Source: an uncultured Candidatus Rokubacteria bacterium
GTDB taxonomy: Bacteria > Methylomirabilota > Methylomirabilia > Rokubacteriales > DASRDR01
Assembly: GCA_963805625.1 (NCBI GenBank)
Contig: CAWDVE010000010.1
Coordinates: 1,280,001 to 1,344,000, forward strand
Length of the DNA stretch: 64,000 bases
Reading direction: 5' to 3'
Shown: positions 19,360 through 29,179 of the stretch, piece by piece
Position numbering within the stretch: the stretch's first letter is position 1
Layout of the letters: each line of letters starts with the position of its first letter
Translations under genes and position numbers: made by a program
Notes under the pieces: generated by a model
Seen by the model: the letters and a program-made list of their open reading frames with translations, nothing else
Told to the model about the DNA's origin: nothing
Database searches by the model: none

Positions 19360-20142
19360 GTGGCGATTCTCGACCGCTTCCGCCTCGACGGGAAGCGCTG
19401 CTTCGTCACCGGTGGCAGCCGGGGGCTGGGGCGCGAGATGGCGCTGGCCATCGCCGAGGCAGGCGCCGACCTCATCCTGGTCGGCCGCGATCGCCCGGCC
19501 CTTGAGGCGACTGGCGCCGACGTCGAGCGGCGTGGTCGCGCCGCCGTCCTGATCCAGGCCGACGTCAGCCAGCCGCTCGAGGCGGAGCGCGCGTGCCGGA
19601 CGGCTCTCGAGCGCCATGGCCCAGTCCACATCCTCGTCAACAACGTCGGCGGCCGCCGGATCGACGTGCCCACCGAGAGCCTCGAACTCGCGCAATGGCA
19701 GGAGATCGTCGACCTCAACCTCACCAGCACGTTCATCTGCACGAAACTGATCGGCGGTGCCATGGTCCGGCGTGGTCAGGGGGGCCGGATCATCAACATG
19801 GCCTCGGTCTCGGGGCTGGTCGCAACGCGCGGCATCGCCGGACGCAGCTACGAGACCAGCAAGGGCGCCGTGATCCAGTTCACACGAGCGGTGGCTGCCG
19901 ACTGGGCGCCCCATCGCGTCACGGTCAACGCCATCGCGCCCGGCACCTTCCTCACCGAGCCGAACCTTCGCTGGAGCCGGCTCAATCCCGCCATGATGGA
20001 GACGTTCAAGGCACAGATCCCAATGGGCGAGTTCGGCCGGCCCGAGGACCTGGGGCCCCTCGCCGTCTATCTGGCGAGCGACGCCTCCCGCTACATGACG
20101 GGCGCGGTCCTCGTCATCGATGGAGGCTACACCGTCTGGTAG
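19360..20142 (+). CDS. SDR family oxidoreductase (gluconate 5-dehydrogenase/KduD-like)
   Basis: TGGSRGLG, NNVG, YETSK, DGGYTVW. Confidence 0.88.
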   Translation: MAILDRFRLDGKRCFVTGGSRGLGREMALAIAEAGADLILVGRDRPALEATGADVERRGRAAVLIQADVSQPLEAERACRTALERHGPVHILVNNVGGRRIDVPTESLELAQWQEIVDLNLTSTFICTKLIGGAMVRRGQGGRIINMASVSGLVATRGIAGRSYETSKGAVIQFTRAVAADWAPHRVTVNAIAPGTFLTEPNLRWSRLNPAMMETFKAQIPMGEFGRPEDLGPLAVYLASDASRYMTGAVLVIDGGYTVW

Positions 20143-20289
20143 CCGTGCCCGGCTGAACGGGACGCCTCTCCCCCATCCGGCTCGTTCGATCTCGCCGCTC
20201 CGCGCCTGATGCTCCCCGAGGTGACGTCGAGGGGAGTCTTGACGACAGCCGTACGGGTCCCATAGTAGGACCCTACGCCGTGGACTTGC

Positions 20290-20305
20290 TGGCACAGTTC
20301 CGGCT
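20290..20305 (+). promoter_or_regulatory. Putative sigma54 (-24/-12) promoter
   Basis: TGGCACAGTTCCGGCT has GG-N10-GC spacing and lies 50 nt before the ATG. The -12 element is imperfect. Confidence 0.35.
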
Positions 20306-20354
20306 TTCGGGCTGAAATGGCGTCGGCTCGGAACCGCTATGGAGGAGATGACGT

Positions 20355-21671
20355 ATGGGCGAGACCATCGCAGAGCGATACCGGAGGACCCTGCCCGGCT
20401 CTTGGGCGCAGTGGGAGCGGGCGTGCCGCATCATTCCGGGCGGGATCACGCATGACAGCCGCCACCTGGTGCCGTTTCCCCTGTACGTGGCTCGGGCGTC
20501 CGGGCCCAGGAAGTGGGACGTCGACGGGCGGGAGTACATTGATTACTGGATGGGCCACGGTGCCTTGTTCCTCGGGCACGCCCACCCCGCCATGGTCGAG
20601 GCCGTCCAGCGACAGGTGAGCCAGGGAACTCACTACGGCGCCTGCCACAAGCTGGAGGTCGAGTGGGCTGACTGGATCACCCGGCTGGTCCCCTCTGCCG
20701 AGATGGTTCGGTTCACGATGTCCGGGACGGAGGCGACGCATCTGGCCATCCGGCTGGCGCGCGCCGCGACCGGCCGCCCGAAGCTCGTGAAGTTCACCGG
20801 CCACTTCCACGGCTGGGCCGACGGCGTGGCGACGGGAGTGAACCCGCCGTTCGAGATTCCGATGTCGGCCGGCATCCCGGCCTCGGTGCTTGGGGAGGTG
20901 CTGCTGTCGCCGCCGAACGACATCGCCGCGTTGGAGCGCCTGGTAAAGAGCCGGAACGACATCGGCACGGTCATCCTGGAGCCGAGCGGCGCCCAGGCGG
21001 GGACGGATCCCATCGACCCGGGCTTCCTCAAGGATCTCCGCCAGCTCACCTCGGATCGCGGTCTGATCCTGATTTTCGACGAGGTCATCACGGGTTTCCG
21101 CTACGCGCCGGGCGGCGCCCAGGAGTACTACGGGATCACGCCCGACATGACGACGCTGGCGAAGATCGTGGCCGGGGGCCTGCCCGGCGCGGCGGTCTGC
21201 GGCAAGCGGGAGCTCCTGAGCCAGATGGCCTTCGGGCCGGACGCACAGCGAAACCGCCAGGGGCGCGTCGCGCAGAACGGCACGTACAACTCGAATCCGC
21301 TCACGGCGACCGCCGGCATTGCCATGCTGTCCCAGATTGCCGACGGGAAGCACCACGAGACGGCCAACGCCCGGGGCGCCGACCTTCGTTCGGCACTCAA
21401 CGACGTGTTCCGGAAAGCGGGCGCGCCGTGCGTCGCGTACGGGGAGGTCTCCGTCTGCCACATCGGGCTCGAGGGACCGCCCGAGGCCGGGAAAAAGCGC
21501 GACGCGAGCCTGGTCCACAAGTGGCGCTGTGCCCTGATTCTCCACGGGGTCGACATGTCGGCCAATCACGGGTGGGTCTCCGCCGTGCACGGCGACCGAG
21601 AGATCGAGGAGACAGCGGAGGCCGTTCGGAAGGCGGTAGGCGACCTGCAGGCGGAGCGCGCGTTGCCCTAG
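20355..21671 (+). CDS. Class III PLP aminotransferase (glutamate-1-semialdehyde aminomutase-like)
   Basis: WDVDGREYID, SGTEAT, FHG, FDEVITGFR, PDMTTLAK, GTYNSNP. Confidence 0.85.
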   Translation: MGETIAERYRRTLPGSWAQWERACRIIPGGITHDSRHLVPFPLYVARASGPRKWDVDGREYIDYWMGHGALFLGHAHPAMVEAVQRQVSQGTHYGACHKLEVEWADWITRLVPSAEMVRFTMSGTEATHLAIRLARAATGRPKLVKFTGHFHGWADGVATGVNPPFEIPMSAGIPASVLGEVLLSPPNDIAALERLVKSRNDIGTVILEPSGAQAGTDPIDPGFLKDLRQLTSDRGLILIFDEVITGFRYAPGGAQEYYGITPDMTTLAKIVAGGLPGAAVCGKRELLSQMAFGPDAQRNRQGRVAQNGTYNSNPLTATAGIAMLSQIADGKHHETANARGADLRSALNDVFRKAGAPCVAYGEVSVCHIGLEGPPEAGKKRDASLVHKWRCALILHGVDMSANHGWVSAVHGDREIEETAEAVRKAVGDLQAERALP

Positions 21672-21733
21672 CCCCGGGCGCGGCTCCCGGTGAACCGACC
21701 AGATCATCCACGAACTGAACTGAGGAGGGACTC

Positions 21734-22882
21734 ATGCAAATGCACGGAAGAATCGTCGCAGGTGTGGGCGTCGCCCTGGCGGTTGCGGCGCTCGTCGGCG
21801 GGCCCCCGGCGGAGGCCCAGCAGACCATCAAGATCGCGGCCGGCGTGCCCCTGACGGGACCGCTCGCGAAGCAGGGCCAGGAGGTCGCCAACGCCGTCAA
21901 GCTGGCCGTCGAGGAGTGGAACGCCAAGGGCGGGGTCCTCGGCAAGAAGATCGAGGTCATGGACGCCGACGACCAGGGGAACCCTCAGGTCGGCGTGGCG
22001 GCCGCGGAGAAGGTCGCCGCGGACCCGGCGGTCATGGGCGCCGTATGGGGCATCACGAGCGTGACCTGCATCCCGGTCTCCGAGGTCCTGGATCGGGTCG
22101 CGATCCCGCTGATCAGCCCGGGCTGCACGAACCCGAAGGTGACGGACCGCGGTCTCAAGAACACCAACCGAGTGTGCGCGCGTGACGACGCCCAGGGCCC
22201 GGCCGGCGCCATCTTCGCCGTCGAGGAGCTCAAGGCGAAGAAGATCGCGATCTTCGACGACGGGACGACGGGCCCGAAGGGGGTTGCCGACGAGGCCGAG
22301 AAGAAGGCGAAGGCGCTCGGGGCCACCGCCCTCCGCTACGTGGTCCGGGCGGGGGACAAGGACTTCCGGGCGGTCCTGGGCACACTGCCGAAGGACACGG
22401 ACGTGATCTACGCGGGCCTGTGGGCGCCCGAGGCGGCTCTCATCGCCAAGCAGCTGGCGGATGTCGGGCTGAGCAAGGTCCGGATGATCGGTCCGGACGG
22501 TCAGTTCGAGCCGGTGGACTACATCCAGGCCGCCGGCGGCGCCGCCGAGGGGAACTACGTGACCTTCCTGGCGCCGGACCTCAAGAAGATTCCTGCGGCG
22601 GCAGCCTTCGTGAAGTCGTTCGAGGCCAAGTACGGGCCGGTCAGCTCCTACGGCCCGCTCGCCTACGAGGGGGCGAACATCCTGCTGGAGGCGATCAAGA
22701 AGGTCGGGAAGCCCGACCGCGCGGCGATCCGCGACGCGGTCCGCGCCACCAAGAACTACCAGGGCATCCTGGGCCTCCCGCTGTCGTTCGACGACAAGGG
22801 CGACGTCGCGGGCGGCGTCATCTTCGTGTACCAGGTGAAGGGGACCGGCTTCGAGCAGGTCAAGACGCTGGTCGTGAAGTAG
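21734..22882 (+). CDS. livK: Branched-chain amino acid-type ABC transporter substrate-binding protein
   Basis: Signal peptide, PLTG, NAKGGVLG, DDQGNP, type I periplasmic fold. Confidence 0.85.
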   Translation: MQMHGRIVAGVGVALAVAALVGGPPAEAQQTIKIAAGVPLTGPLAKQGQEVANAVKLAVEEWNAKGGVLGKKIEVMDADDQGNPQVGVAAAEKVAADPAVMGAVWGITSVTCIPVSEVLDRVAIPLISPGCTNPKVTDRGLKNTNRVCARDDAQGPAGAIFAVEELKAKKIAIFDDGTTGPKGVADEAEKKAKALGATALRYVVRAGDKDFRAVLGTLPKDTDVIYAGLWAPEAALIAKQLADVGLSKVRMIGPDGQFEPVDYIQAAGGAAEGNYVTFLAPDLKKIPAAAAFVKSFEAKYGPVSSYGPLAYEGANILLEAIKKVGKPDRAAIRDAVRATKNYQGILGLPLSFDDKGDVAGGVIFVYQVKGTGFEQVKTLVVK

Positions 22883-22915
22883 GACCGGTCGGCGCAAGCG
22901 ACCAACCGGCCGCCG

Positions 22916-23707
22916 ATGGCCCTCCTCGAGACCCAGGGTCTCAGCAAGGCCTTCGGCGGCCTCCGTGCCGTGCACGAGCTCGATCTCCGGGTCGAGCTCG
23001 GGGAGATCGTCGGCATGATCGGGCCGAACGGCTCGGGCAAGACGACGGTCTTCAACCTGCTCACGGGGATCTATCGCAGCACGGCCGGTCGCATGACCTT
23101 CCTCACGCGGGACGGGGGTCCGGCGGACCTCGCCGGGCTCCCGTCCCACACCATCACCTCTCTCGGAGTCGCCCGCACCTTCCAGAACCAGCGACTATTC
23201 AACCAGATGACCGTCCTCGAGAACGTCCTCGTCGGCATGCACTGCCGTACGCGAGCGGGGATTGCCGGCGTGCTCCTCGGCGCCCCCAGGGTGAGGGACG
23301 AGGTCCACCGATCGCGCGAGCGGGCGGAGGCGCTCCTCGGGCTTTTCGGCGAGCGGCTTCGCCCCCGGGCGGCGGAGCCGGCGTGGACCCTCTCGTACGC
23401 GAACCGCCGCCGGCTCGAGATCGCCCGGGCGCTCGCGACCGAGCCGCGTCTGCTGCTCCTCGACGAACCGGCGGCGGGCATGAACCCGACCGAGACGCGA
23501 GAGCTCATGCGCGACATCGCCCGGATCCGTGACCAGGGGGTGACGATCCTCCTGATCGAGCACGACATGGGTCTCGTTCGGGGCGTTTGCGAGCGTGTGA
23601 TCGCGCTCGACCACGGGACGAAGATCGCCGAGGGGACATTCGAATCAGTGCGGGACACGCCCGCGGTGCTCGAGGCGTATCTCGGCCGTCGAGGGGGACG
23701 TGCTTAA
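22916..23707 (+). CDS. livG: Liv-type ABC transporter ATP-binding protein
   Basis: GPNGSGKT, RTFQN, LLLDEPAAG, IEHDM. Confidence 0.9.
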   Translation: MALLETQGLSKAFGGLRAVHELDLRVELGEIVGMIGPNGSGKTTVFNLLTGIYRSTAGRMTFLTRDGGPADLAGLPSHTITSLGVARTFQNQRLFNQMTVLENVLVGMHCRTRAGIAGVLLGAPRVRDEVHRSRERAEALLGLFGERLRPRAAEPAWTLSYANRRRLEIARALATEPRLLLLDEPAAGMNPTETRELMRDIARIRDQGVTILLIEHDMGLVRGVCERVIALDHGTKIAEGTFESVRDTPAVLEAYLGRRGGRA

Positions 23708-24449
23708 GCTCGCCGACGTCGTGACGTACTACGGCCCCATCCAGATCCTCAAGTCCCTCGACCTCGAGGTGCGGGCCGGCGAGATCGTCTGTCTCCTCGG
23801 GGGCAACGCCTCCGGGAAGTCGACCACGATGAAGACGATCCTGGGAATCGTCCGGCCCCGGCAGGGTAGCGTCGAGTTCGAAGGTCAGCGGATCGACGGC
23901 CTGCCGACCGAGGCAATCGTGAGCCGGGGCATCTCCCTGGTGCCGGAAGCGCGGCGGATCTTCGGCCGCATGACCGTTTGGGAGAACCTCACCATGGGGG
24001 CCTACACGCGGCGGCGAGAGCCGCCGGCAGAACTGGAGCAAGACCTCGACCGCGTCTACGGCCTGTTCCCTCGGCTCCGGGAGCGTACCGGCCAGCAGGG
24101 GGGCACGCTGTCCGGCGGCGAGCAGCAGATGCTGGCGATGGGTCGAGCGCTCATGGCGCGGCCCCGGCTCCTGCTGATGGACGAGCCGTCGATGGGCCTG
24201 GCCCCCGCGCTCGTCGACCAGGTGTTCGACATCATCCAGACCATCAACCAGCAGGGCACCACGATTCTCGTCGTCGAGCAGAACGCGACGGTCGCCCTCG
24301 GGATCGCCCATCGCGGATACGTCCTCCAGAATGGCCGGATCGTCGTCACGGACACCGCCGAGGCGCTCCTCCGGGCGGATCACATCCGGCGCGCATATCT
24401 CGGCGAAGGTGGCGACGGGGGTGACCCCGGGGAGGCCGCGTCGGGATGA
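23700..24449 (+). CDS. livF: Liv-type ABC transporter ATP-binding protein
   Basis: GGNASGKS, LSGGEQQM, DEPSMGLAP, VEQNA. Confidence 0.9.
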   Translation: MLKLADVVTYYGPIQILKSLDLEVRAGEIVCLLGGNASGKSTTMKTILGIVRPRQGSVEFEGQRIDGLPTEAIVSRGISLVPEARRIFGRMTVWENLTMGAYTRRREPPAELEQDLDRVYGLFPRLRERTGQQGGTLSGGEQQMLAMGRALMARPRLLLMDEPSMGLAPALVDQVFDIIQTINQQGTTILVVEQNATVALGIAHRGYVLQNGRIVVTDTAEALLRADHIRRAYLGEGGDGGDPGEAASG

Positions 24450-24522
24450 GCGCTCAGGACGCCACCCGCCCCAAGTGGCCAAGGGCCCTCCGACCGTCCG
24501 GGACCCGGAGGGACGCGACCTC

Positions 24523-25464
24523 ATGAGCGACATTCTCCACATCCTGCCGCAGCAGATCGTCTTCGGCCTCGCCCTGGGCTCGGTCTACGGACTCATCGCC
24601 CTCGGCTACACGATGGTCTACGGCATCCTCTTCATGATCAATTTCGCCCACGGCGAAGTGTTCACGCTCGGCGCGTACCTCGGGTGGTGGGTACTGGCCC
24701 TGCTCCTCAAGGAGAAGATCGGCGGGCTGCATCCGGCCTGGGTCGTCCCGCTGATGCTCGGCATCGCCATGGCGGGATCGGGGCTGGTCGGCACCGCCCT
24801 CGAGCGCTTCGCCTACCGACCGCTGTACACCCGCGGGGCGACACGGCTCGGCCCGCTGATCAGCGCGGTCGGCGCGTCGATCTTCCTTCAGAACGCCATC
24901 ATGCTGACGCAGGGCGCCCGCATGAAGGTCTTCATGACCGGACTCCTGTTTCCCCGGACGTGGACGTTCGATCTCGGAGGCGTGAGCGTCTCGGTGCTGG
25001 TACTCGTCATGACGGGGAGCGCCCTCCTAATGATGTGGGGTCTCAACATGCTGGTACAGCGGACGACGCTCGGTCGGTCGATCCGGGCGGTCGCCGAGGA
25101 CCGGGAGATGGCCGCCGTGATGGGCGTGAACGTCCGGCGCGTCATCGCGGTCACGTTCTTCCTCGGCTCCGCGCTCGGCGGCGCGGCCGGCGTGCTCGTC
25201 GGCCTCTACTACACGCAGATCGACTTCTTCATGGGGTACTCGGCCGGCCTGAAGGCGTTCACCGCGGCCGTGCTCGGCGGCATCGGCAACATCCGGGGGG
25301 CGATGCTGGGTGGGCTGATCCTGGGTCTCGTCGAGAGCCTCGCCGTGACCTTCCTGAACCCAGCCTACAAGGATGTGGTGGCGTTCGCCGTCCTGATCCT
25401 GACGCTGGTCGTCCGACCGGCCGGGCTTCTCGGGGAATCCGTCCCGGAGTCGGAGAAGGTGTGA
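24523..25464 (+). CDS. livH: Liv-type ABC transporter permease
   Basis: ALGYTMVYG, INFAHGE, LKAFTAAVLGGIG. Confidence 0.9.
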   Translation: MSDILHILPQQIVFGLALGSVYGLIALGYTMVYGILFMINFAHGEVFTLGAYLGWWVLALLLKEKIGGLHPAWVVPLMLGIAMAGSGLVGTALERFAYRPLYTRGATRLGPLISAVGASIFLQNAIMLTQGARMKVFMTGLLFPRTWTFDLGGVSVSVLVLVMTGSALLMMWGLNMLVQRTTLGRSIRAVAEDREMAAVMGVNVRRVIAVTFFLGSALGGAAGVLVGLYYTQIDFFMGYSAGLKAFTAAVLGGIGNIRGAMLGGLILGLVESLAVTFLNPAYKDVVAFAVLILTLVVRPAGLLGESVPESEKV

Positions 25465-25567
25465 GGCCGCGAACCGCCGCCGGTGGCCGGCAGTCGAAGG
25501 TCGCCGCGTCGAAAGCGCCGGGCCGGGGTGATCCGACGAGCCCGGGCGCGGGAGCGAGGGCATCTCG

Positions 25568-26572
25568 GTGAGCGGCGGGGCAGACCCTGGCCGTTGGCGC
25601 TGGCTCGCCGTCGCGCTCGTGGCGGGAGCCATCGTGTTTCCCCTCGTGGCGCCGAACGACTACTGGATCGGCGTGGCGACGCGCATCGGTCTCTATGCCA
25701 CCCTCGCCCTCGGCCTCAACGTCGTGGTGGGCTTCGCCGGCCTTCTGGACCTCGGTTACGTCGCCTTCTTCGGCATCGGGTCCTACATCTACGCGTTTCT
25801 CGCCTCGCCTCACTTCGGCCTCCACTTGCCGACTCTCGCGGTGCTCCCGATCGTGCTGGTCGTGACGGCGCTCGCCGGCATCCTGATCGGGGCCCCGACG
25901 CTGCGACTCCGTGGCGACTACCTGGCGATCGTGACGCTCGGGTTCGGCGAGATCACCTACCTGCTGCTGATCAATCTGGACCGGCCGATCAACATCACCG
26001 GTGGGCCGAGCGGCATCGTGACCATCGATCCGCCTCATTTCCTCGGGTGGACGGCGACGCGAAACGGCCAGTACTACTACCTGTTCCTCGCCGCCGCCGC
26101 ACTGGCCCTCTTCGTCTCGGCGCGGCTTCGCCACTCGCGAATCGGCTGGGCCTGGCAGGCGATCCGCGAGGACGAGCTGGCTGCGCGTGTGATGGGCATC
26201 AACACGACGGTGGCCAAGCTGCAGGCGTTCGCCATCGGCGCCGCGCTCGCCGGCCTCGCGGGAGCGCTCCTCGCCTCATGGCAGCGTTCGGTGTTCCCGG
26301 ACAACTTCCTGTTCACCGAGTCGATCAACGTCCTCGCCATGGTCATCATCGGCGGAAGCGGCAGCCTCGGCGGCGTCCTTCTCGGCGCCACGCTGATCGT
26401 TGCCCTGCCCGAGGTGTTCCGTGATTTCCAGCTGTATCGCATGCTCGTCTTCGGGCTCGCCCTGATGGTGCTGATGGTCTTTCGGCCGGAAGGGCTGCTC
26501 GTCCGGCGACGGCGCGCCGTCCAGGATGCGCCGGGAGCCGCTCCCCAGATCCAGGCGTCGTCCGCCCGCTGA
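25568..26572 (+). CDS. livM: Liv-type ABC transporter permease
   Basis: GLLDLGYVAFFGIG, RLRGDYLAIVTLGFGE, AIREDE. Confidence 0.9.
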   Translation: MSGGADPGRWRWLAVALVAGAIVFPLVAPNDYWIGVATRIGLYATLALGLNVVVGFAGLLDLGYVAFFGIGSYIYAFLASPHFGLHLPTLAVLPIVLVVTALAGILIGAPTLRLRGDYLAIVTLGFGEITYLLLINLDRPINITGGPSGIVTIDPPHFLGWTATRNGQYYYLFLAAAALALFVSARLRHSRIGWAWQAIREDELAARVMGINTTVAKLQAFAIGAALAGLAGALLASWQRSVFPDNFLFTESINVLAMVIIGGSGSLGGVLLGATLIVALPEVFRDFQLYRMLVFGLALMVLMVFRPEGLLVRRRRAVQDAPGAAPQIQASSAR

Positions 26573-26649
26573 GCCGAGCTCGGAACGGCAGGCGCGCCAT
26601 CGGAGGGGTCGCGGCCACCCGGCTCCGGGAACGTCCACGAACTGACGAA

Positions 26650-26679
26650 TTGACGCTCGTCGTCCCGGGATGGTAGGGT
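26650..26679 (+). promoter_or_regulatory. Putative sigma70 promoter of the second Liv operon
   Basis: TTGACG-N18-TAGGGT with an extended TG. Confidence 0.4.
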
Positions 26680-26739
26680 CTCGACGCACCCATTTCCGGC
26701 CACCGTTCCGCATGCAAGAGACGCCTGACAGCGCGTGTC

Positions 26740-27588
26740 ATGGCCTTGATTGACTCGGTGACCGGCGGGAGGCCGGGGCACCCCGCCCGTACCCTGCCCC
26801 GCGACGCCGCTCCCGTCCTCGCCGTCCGCGATGTCACGGTGCGCTTCGGGGGGATCGTCGCCCTCGACGGGGTGTCGTTCGAGGTGGCGGCCCACGAGAT
26901 CGTTGGGCTCATCGGGCCCAACGGCGCTGGCAAGACTACTCTCTTCAACTGCCTGTCCCGTCTCTACAACCCCGCGGGGGGCACCCTCGCCTTCGAGGGC
27001 CGCCCGCTCGACCAGACCGCGCCCCACCGCATCGCGGCGCTGGGGATCAGCCGGACCTTCCAGAACCTGGCGCTCTTCCCCAGTCTCTCCGTCTTGCAGA
27101 ACGTCATGATCGGCATGCACTGCCGCACGCGAGCGGACTTTGTCGCGAGCGCGCTCCGACTCCCCCGCGTCCGGGCGGAGGAAGCACGGATCGCGGAACG
27201 GGCGCAGGAGCTGGTGGCGTTCTTCGGACTCCAGGCCGTGGCGACCCACCCCGCCGCCGGCCTACCCTTCGGCACTCTCAAGCGCGTCGAGCTGGCCCGG
27301 GCGCTCGCCGCCCAGCCCCGGCTGCTCCTGCTCGACGAGCCGGCCGCGGGCCTGAATCACGAGGAAGTGGAGGCCCTGGCCCGGCTCATCACCGCGATCC
27401 GGAAGGAGCGCAGCGTGACCATTCTCCTCGTCGAGCATCACATGGGGCTGGTGATGCAGGTGTCCGACCGCGTCGTGGTGCTCGACTTCGGCCGGAAGAT
27501 CGCCGAGGGCACACCCGCCGAGGTCCAGCAGCATCCCGATGTCATCCGCGCGTACCTCGGCGTCGGTCCCGCCGATACCGCCGGCTGA
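26740..27588 (+). CDS. livG: Liv-type ABC transporter ATP-binding protein
   Basis: GPNGAGKT, RTFQN, DEPAAG, VEHHM. Confidence 0.9.
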   Translation: MALIDSVTGGRPGHPARTLPRDAAPVLAVRDVTVRFGGIVALDGVSFEVAAHEIVGLIGPNGAGKTTLFNCLSRLYNPAGGTLAFEGRPLDQTAPHRIAALGISRTFQNLALFPSLSVLQNVMIGMHCRTRADFVASALRLPRVRAEEARIAERAQELVAFFGLQAVATHPAAGLPFGTLKRVELARALAAQPRLLLLDEPAAGLNHEEVEALARLITAIRKERSVTILLVEHHMGLVMQVSDRVVVLDFGRKIAEGTPAEVQQHPDVIRAYLGVGPADTAG

Positions 27589-28301
27589 TGACGGCCATTC
27601 TCGAAGTCGAGGATCTGCACGTCGCGTACGGCGAGACGCGCGTGCTCCACGGCATCGGTTTCACCGTCGAGACGCGCGGCATCACCACTATCCTCGGCGC
27701 GAACGGCGCCGGGAAGACGACGACCCTTCGGGCCGTGTGCGGGATGGTGCCGCCGCGAGGGCGCGTGCAGCTCGACGGCCAGCGCATCGATGGCAAGGCT
27801 AGCGAGGACATCGCCCGCCTCGGCATCGCGCACGTCCCGGAAGGCCGCGGGACGTTCGTGGGGTTCACCGTCGAGGAGAACCTCCGGCTGGGGGCCTACG
27901 TGCGGCGCGACCGGACGGCGGTCAGCCAGGACATGGAGCGCGTCTACGGCTACTTCCCGGTCCTCGGGCAGCGCCGGCGCCAGGCCGCGGGCACGCTGTC
28001 GGGAGGCGAGCAGCAGATGCTCGCCCTCGGCCGGGCGCTGATGCTCCGTCCGCGCCTGCTCCTTCTCGACGAGCCGTCGCTCGGCCTCGCTCCCCGCGTC
28101 GTCCAGGAGTTCTTCCGGATCGTCCGCGCCATCAACCAGCGGGAAGGCGTCAGCGTGCTCCTCGTGGAGCAGAACGCGGCCCTCGCCCTCGGCCTCGCCG
28201 ACCGGGCCTATCTCCTGGAGACCGGACGCGTCGTCCTCGCCGGGCCGGCCAGCGAGATCCAGAAGGACGACGCCGTCCGCCGAGCCTACCTTGGGTATTG
28301 A
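27588..28301 (+). CDS. livF: Liv-type ABC transporter ATP-binding protein
   Basis: GANGAGKT, LSGGEQQM, DEPSLGLAP. Confidence 0.9.
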   Translation: MTAILEVEDLHVAYGETRVLHGIGFTVETRGITTILGANGAGKTTTLRAVCGMVPPRGRVQLDGQRIDGKASEDIARLGIAHVPEGRGTFVGFTVEENLRLGAYVRRDRTAVSQDMERVYGYFPVLGQRRRQAAGTLSGGEQQMLALGRALMLRPRLLLLDEPSLGLAPRVVQEFFRIVRAINQREGVSVLLVEQNAALALGLADRAYLLETGRVVLAGPASEIQKDDAVRRAYLGY

Positions 28302-29178
28302 GACACTGCTCCAGCAGGTCGTGTCCGGGCTCGCCACCGGGGGCATCTACGCGAGCCTGGCGCTGGCTCTCGTGATGATCTACCAGGCGACCGAGATCGT
28401 GAACTTCGCGCAGGGCGAGATGGCCATGTTCACAACCTACCTCGCGTGGTCGATGCTGAACGCCGGGGCCCCGTACTGGCTCGCGTTTCTCGCCACGGTC
28501 GCCCTTGCCTTCATGGGCGGCCTCCTCATCGAGCGCATCGTCATCCGCCCGGTCGAGGGGAAGCCGATCCTCACGCTGGTCATCGTGTGCATCGGCCTCC
28601 TGGTGATCCTCAACAGCCTCGCGGGGTGGATGTTCTCCTACGTCATCCAGCCCTTCCCGAGCCCGTTCCCCCGGACACCGCTTCGCATCGGCAAGATCGT
28701 GTTCGGTCAGCACGACCTCGGCGTGATCGCGGTGACCCTCGTCCTGCTCTGCCTCCTCTACGTCTTCTTCCGCTACACGACGCTCGGGCTCGCGATGCGC
28801 GCGGCCGCCCAGAACCCCGTGTCGAGCCAGCTCTGCGGCATCCGCGTCGGCTGGATGCTCGGGCTCGGCTGGGGACTGGCCGCCCTGGTGGGATCCGTGG
28901 CGGGCATGCTCGTTGCGCCCGTAATTTTCCTCGAGCCCAATATGATGGGCGGCATCCTCATCTACGCCTTCGCCGGCGCGACACTCGGCGGGATCACGAG
29001 CCCCGTCGGCGCCGTGGTCGGAGGCTTCCTCGTCGGGGTCATCGAGAACCTGGCCGGGACGTACATCCCGTTCATCGGCACCGAGCTGAAGCTCACCGTC
29101 GCGCTCCTGATCATCGTGGGCTGCCTGCTCATTCGCCCGAGCGGCCTCTTCGGCCACACCATCGTCCGGCGGGTCTGA
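28291..29178 (+). CDS. livH: Liv-type ABC transporter permease
   Basis: NFAQGE, GLAMRA, RPSGLFG. Confidence 0.88.
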   Translation: MGIETLLQQVVSGLATGGIYASLALALVMIYQATEIVNFAQGEMAMFTTYLAWSMLNAGAPYWLAFLATVALAFMGGLLIERIVIRPVEGKPILTLVIVCIGLLVILNSLAGWMFSYVIQPFPSPFPRTPLRIGKIVFGQHDLGVIAVTLVLLCLLYVFFRYTTLGLAMRAAAQNPVSSQLCGIRVGWMLGLGWGLAALVGSVAGMLVAPVIFLEPNMMGGILIYAFAGATLGGITSPVGAVVGGFLVGVIENLAGTYIPFIGTELKLTVALLIIVGCLLIRPSGLFGHTIVRRV

Positions 29179-29179
29179 G

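Noticed and set aside
20355-21671. Calling the aminotransferase hemL
   Set aside because: The sequence is divergent and sits in a transporter context with no tetrapyrrole genes, so only a family-level call is made
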